Of a DNA stretch of 64,000 bases, positions 62,943-64,000 are shown piece after piece. Below the pieces are notes generated by a model, which saw only the letters and a program-made list of their open reading frames with translations, ran no database searches and was not told the DNA's origin. Numbering within the stretch: the first letter of the stretch is position 1; each line of letters starts with the position of its first letter. Source of the stretch: Synergistaceae bacterium (GTDB taxonomy: Bacteria; Synergistota; Synergistia; Synergistales; Aminobacteriaceae); the NCBI GenBank assembly GCA_017470485.1, contig JAFUYQ010000012.1:21535-85534 (forward strand), in the 5' to 3' direction. A program made the position numbers and the translations under genes.

Positions 62943-63492
62943 ACAGGCTGATATTCTTAACTGCCTCCGCTAATATCCCTTCAACGTCAGCACCGATAAT
63001 ATCAAGTCCTTCAGCCTTAACGCAGACCGTCTCAGGAATACCCCAGTACGACCGAGACAATTCACTCACATAACCGTAACCGTAATCGTCCGAGACTATC
63101 GGCCCTCCGGCTGTCGTAACGTAAATCAGTCTCTCAGCTCCGCAAAGACCGTAAGGCACTCCCTGCTCAGTGTAAGCGAATGTTACCCCGACAACATTTA
63201 TTGCCTCGATATAATTCTTCAGTGCCGCCGGAAATGATAAGTCCCAATACGGAGCGGCCATGACTATCTGCGAGGCCGAAGCGAAAATTTTAGCGTCCTC
63301 AAAAATCGGGTCGTCAAAATTCCCTGCCTCTGAAAGCCTTGTTCTATGCTCAAGTGCTTCGTATGTTAAGGGAGGATTGACGGGCTTAATTTCACGGACG
63401 TTCTCAGTATGTGATAAACGCCTCAACACTTCCATTGCAAGCCGCCTAGTTCTTGACTGAGGGCGCACACATGCGTTGACGAAAAGAATCAT
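62941..63492 (-). CDS. Flavodoxin-like-fold NAD(P)H-dependent oxidoreductase
   Basis: 183 aa. ILFVNACVRPQSRTRRLA... and ...IVMAAPYWDLSFPAALKNYIE resemble FMN-dependent NAD(P)H quinone/azo reductase family motifs. Confidence 0.65.
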   Translation of the reverse strand: MILFVNACVRPQSRTRRLAMEVLRRLSHTENVREIKPVNPPLTYEALEHRTRLSEAGNFDDPIFEDAKIFASASQIVMAAPYWDLSFPAALKNYIEAINVVGVTFAYTEQGVPYGLCGAERLIYVTTAGGPIVSDDYGYGYVSELSRSYWGIPETVCVKAEGLDIIGADVEGILAEAVKNISL

Positions 63493-63992
63493 AATTTAAT
63501 CACCTTTCCTAAAGTTGAAACTGCACGGCATGTCATGCAGAGTCCTTTTCCTGAATCGTCAAGATTTTCAGCGGACTTGAACTTCAGATTGAACGGGAAG
63601 AATCTCGCCATGCTCCGAATAATCTCATCACGGTATTTATTCAGTCTCGGAACTTGAGCCGTCAAAACCGCGTCAACAAACTCAACGTTCCAGCCCTCAG
63701 AATTTACGAGCCTCATAACTTCCCTCAAAAGCTCAACGCTGTCAGCACCCTTGAATCTCTCATCACTCGCCGGAAAAATCGTCCCTATATCGGGAAGCCC
63801 AGCCCCTCCGAGAATTGAGTCCATTACGGCGTGAGTGAGTACGTCAGCGTCCGAATGCCCCAGAAGTCCGAGAGGCGACTCGATTTTAACGCCCCCAAGA
63901 ATGAGTCTGCGTTCGGGGACTAGCCTGTGAATATCCCAGCCCAAGCCGGTTCGCGTGATTTGTTTTTCCATCAATGCCCTTGCTATAGTCAT
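63489..63992 (-). CDS. ispF: 2-C-methyl-D-erythritol 2,4-cyclodiphosphate synthase
   Basis: GLGWDIHRL...LGHSDADVLTHAVMDSILGGAGLPDIGTIFP is the canonical IspF. The start is near the window edge and is uncertain. Confidence 0.9.
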   Translation of the reverse strand: MTIARALMEKQITRTGLGWDIHRLVPERRLILGGVKIESPLGLLGHSDADVLTHAVMDSILGGAGLPDIGTIFPASDERFKGADSVELLREVMRLVNSEGWNVEFVDAVLTAQVPRLNKYRDEIIRSMARFFPFNLKFKSAENLDDSGKGLCMTCRAVSTLGKVIKL

Positions 63993-64000
63993 ATCATCAT

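Overview
This 64-kb window is a bacterial chromosome segment of about 50% G+C. The lineage cannot be assigned without a database search; the gene content (TctABC, CstA, type IV pilus ATPases, FprA) suggests an anaerobe. The backbone is ordinary housekeeping: purH-purD-purL, tctCBA, nadD-obg-rpmA-rplU, cstA, comM, glpX, a class A PBP, rpmG-tRNA(Trp)-secE-nusG-rplKAJL, pilB-pilT-pilC, hisS, speE, ispF and a sugar-acid/O-acetylation region. Several accessory insertions sit in this backbone. (1) The purH-purD junction is split by a coiled-coil gene and a RelE-type TA cassette flanked by duplicated purD-5' and purH-3' fragments. It also holds a tight three-gene module: a membrane Rossmann/RyR-like protein, a TIR-TM-Sel1-repeat protein and an RHH-Sel1 protein. 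I consider this module the best candidate for an undescribed TIR-based signalling or defence system. (2) A 1089-aa protein follows purL directly; it has an Sm-like N-terminus, two cold-shock-like OB folds and a C-terminal Rx4H HEPN-like motif. (3) An AT-rich two-gene islet carries a prokaryotic viperin (pVip) homologue and a divergent glutamate-transporter-fold membrane protein. (4) A second RelE/Phd cassette is bounded by perfect 55-bp direct repeats and lies next to another Sel1-repeat protein. (5) HicAB sits immediately after pilC. (6) A TnpB-only IS200/IS605-type element with matched end hairpins abuts the hisS stop codon. I saw no CRISPR array and no rRNA. All functional calls rest on motif recognition by eye and recalled family signatures; none is confirmed by a search.
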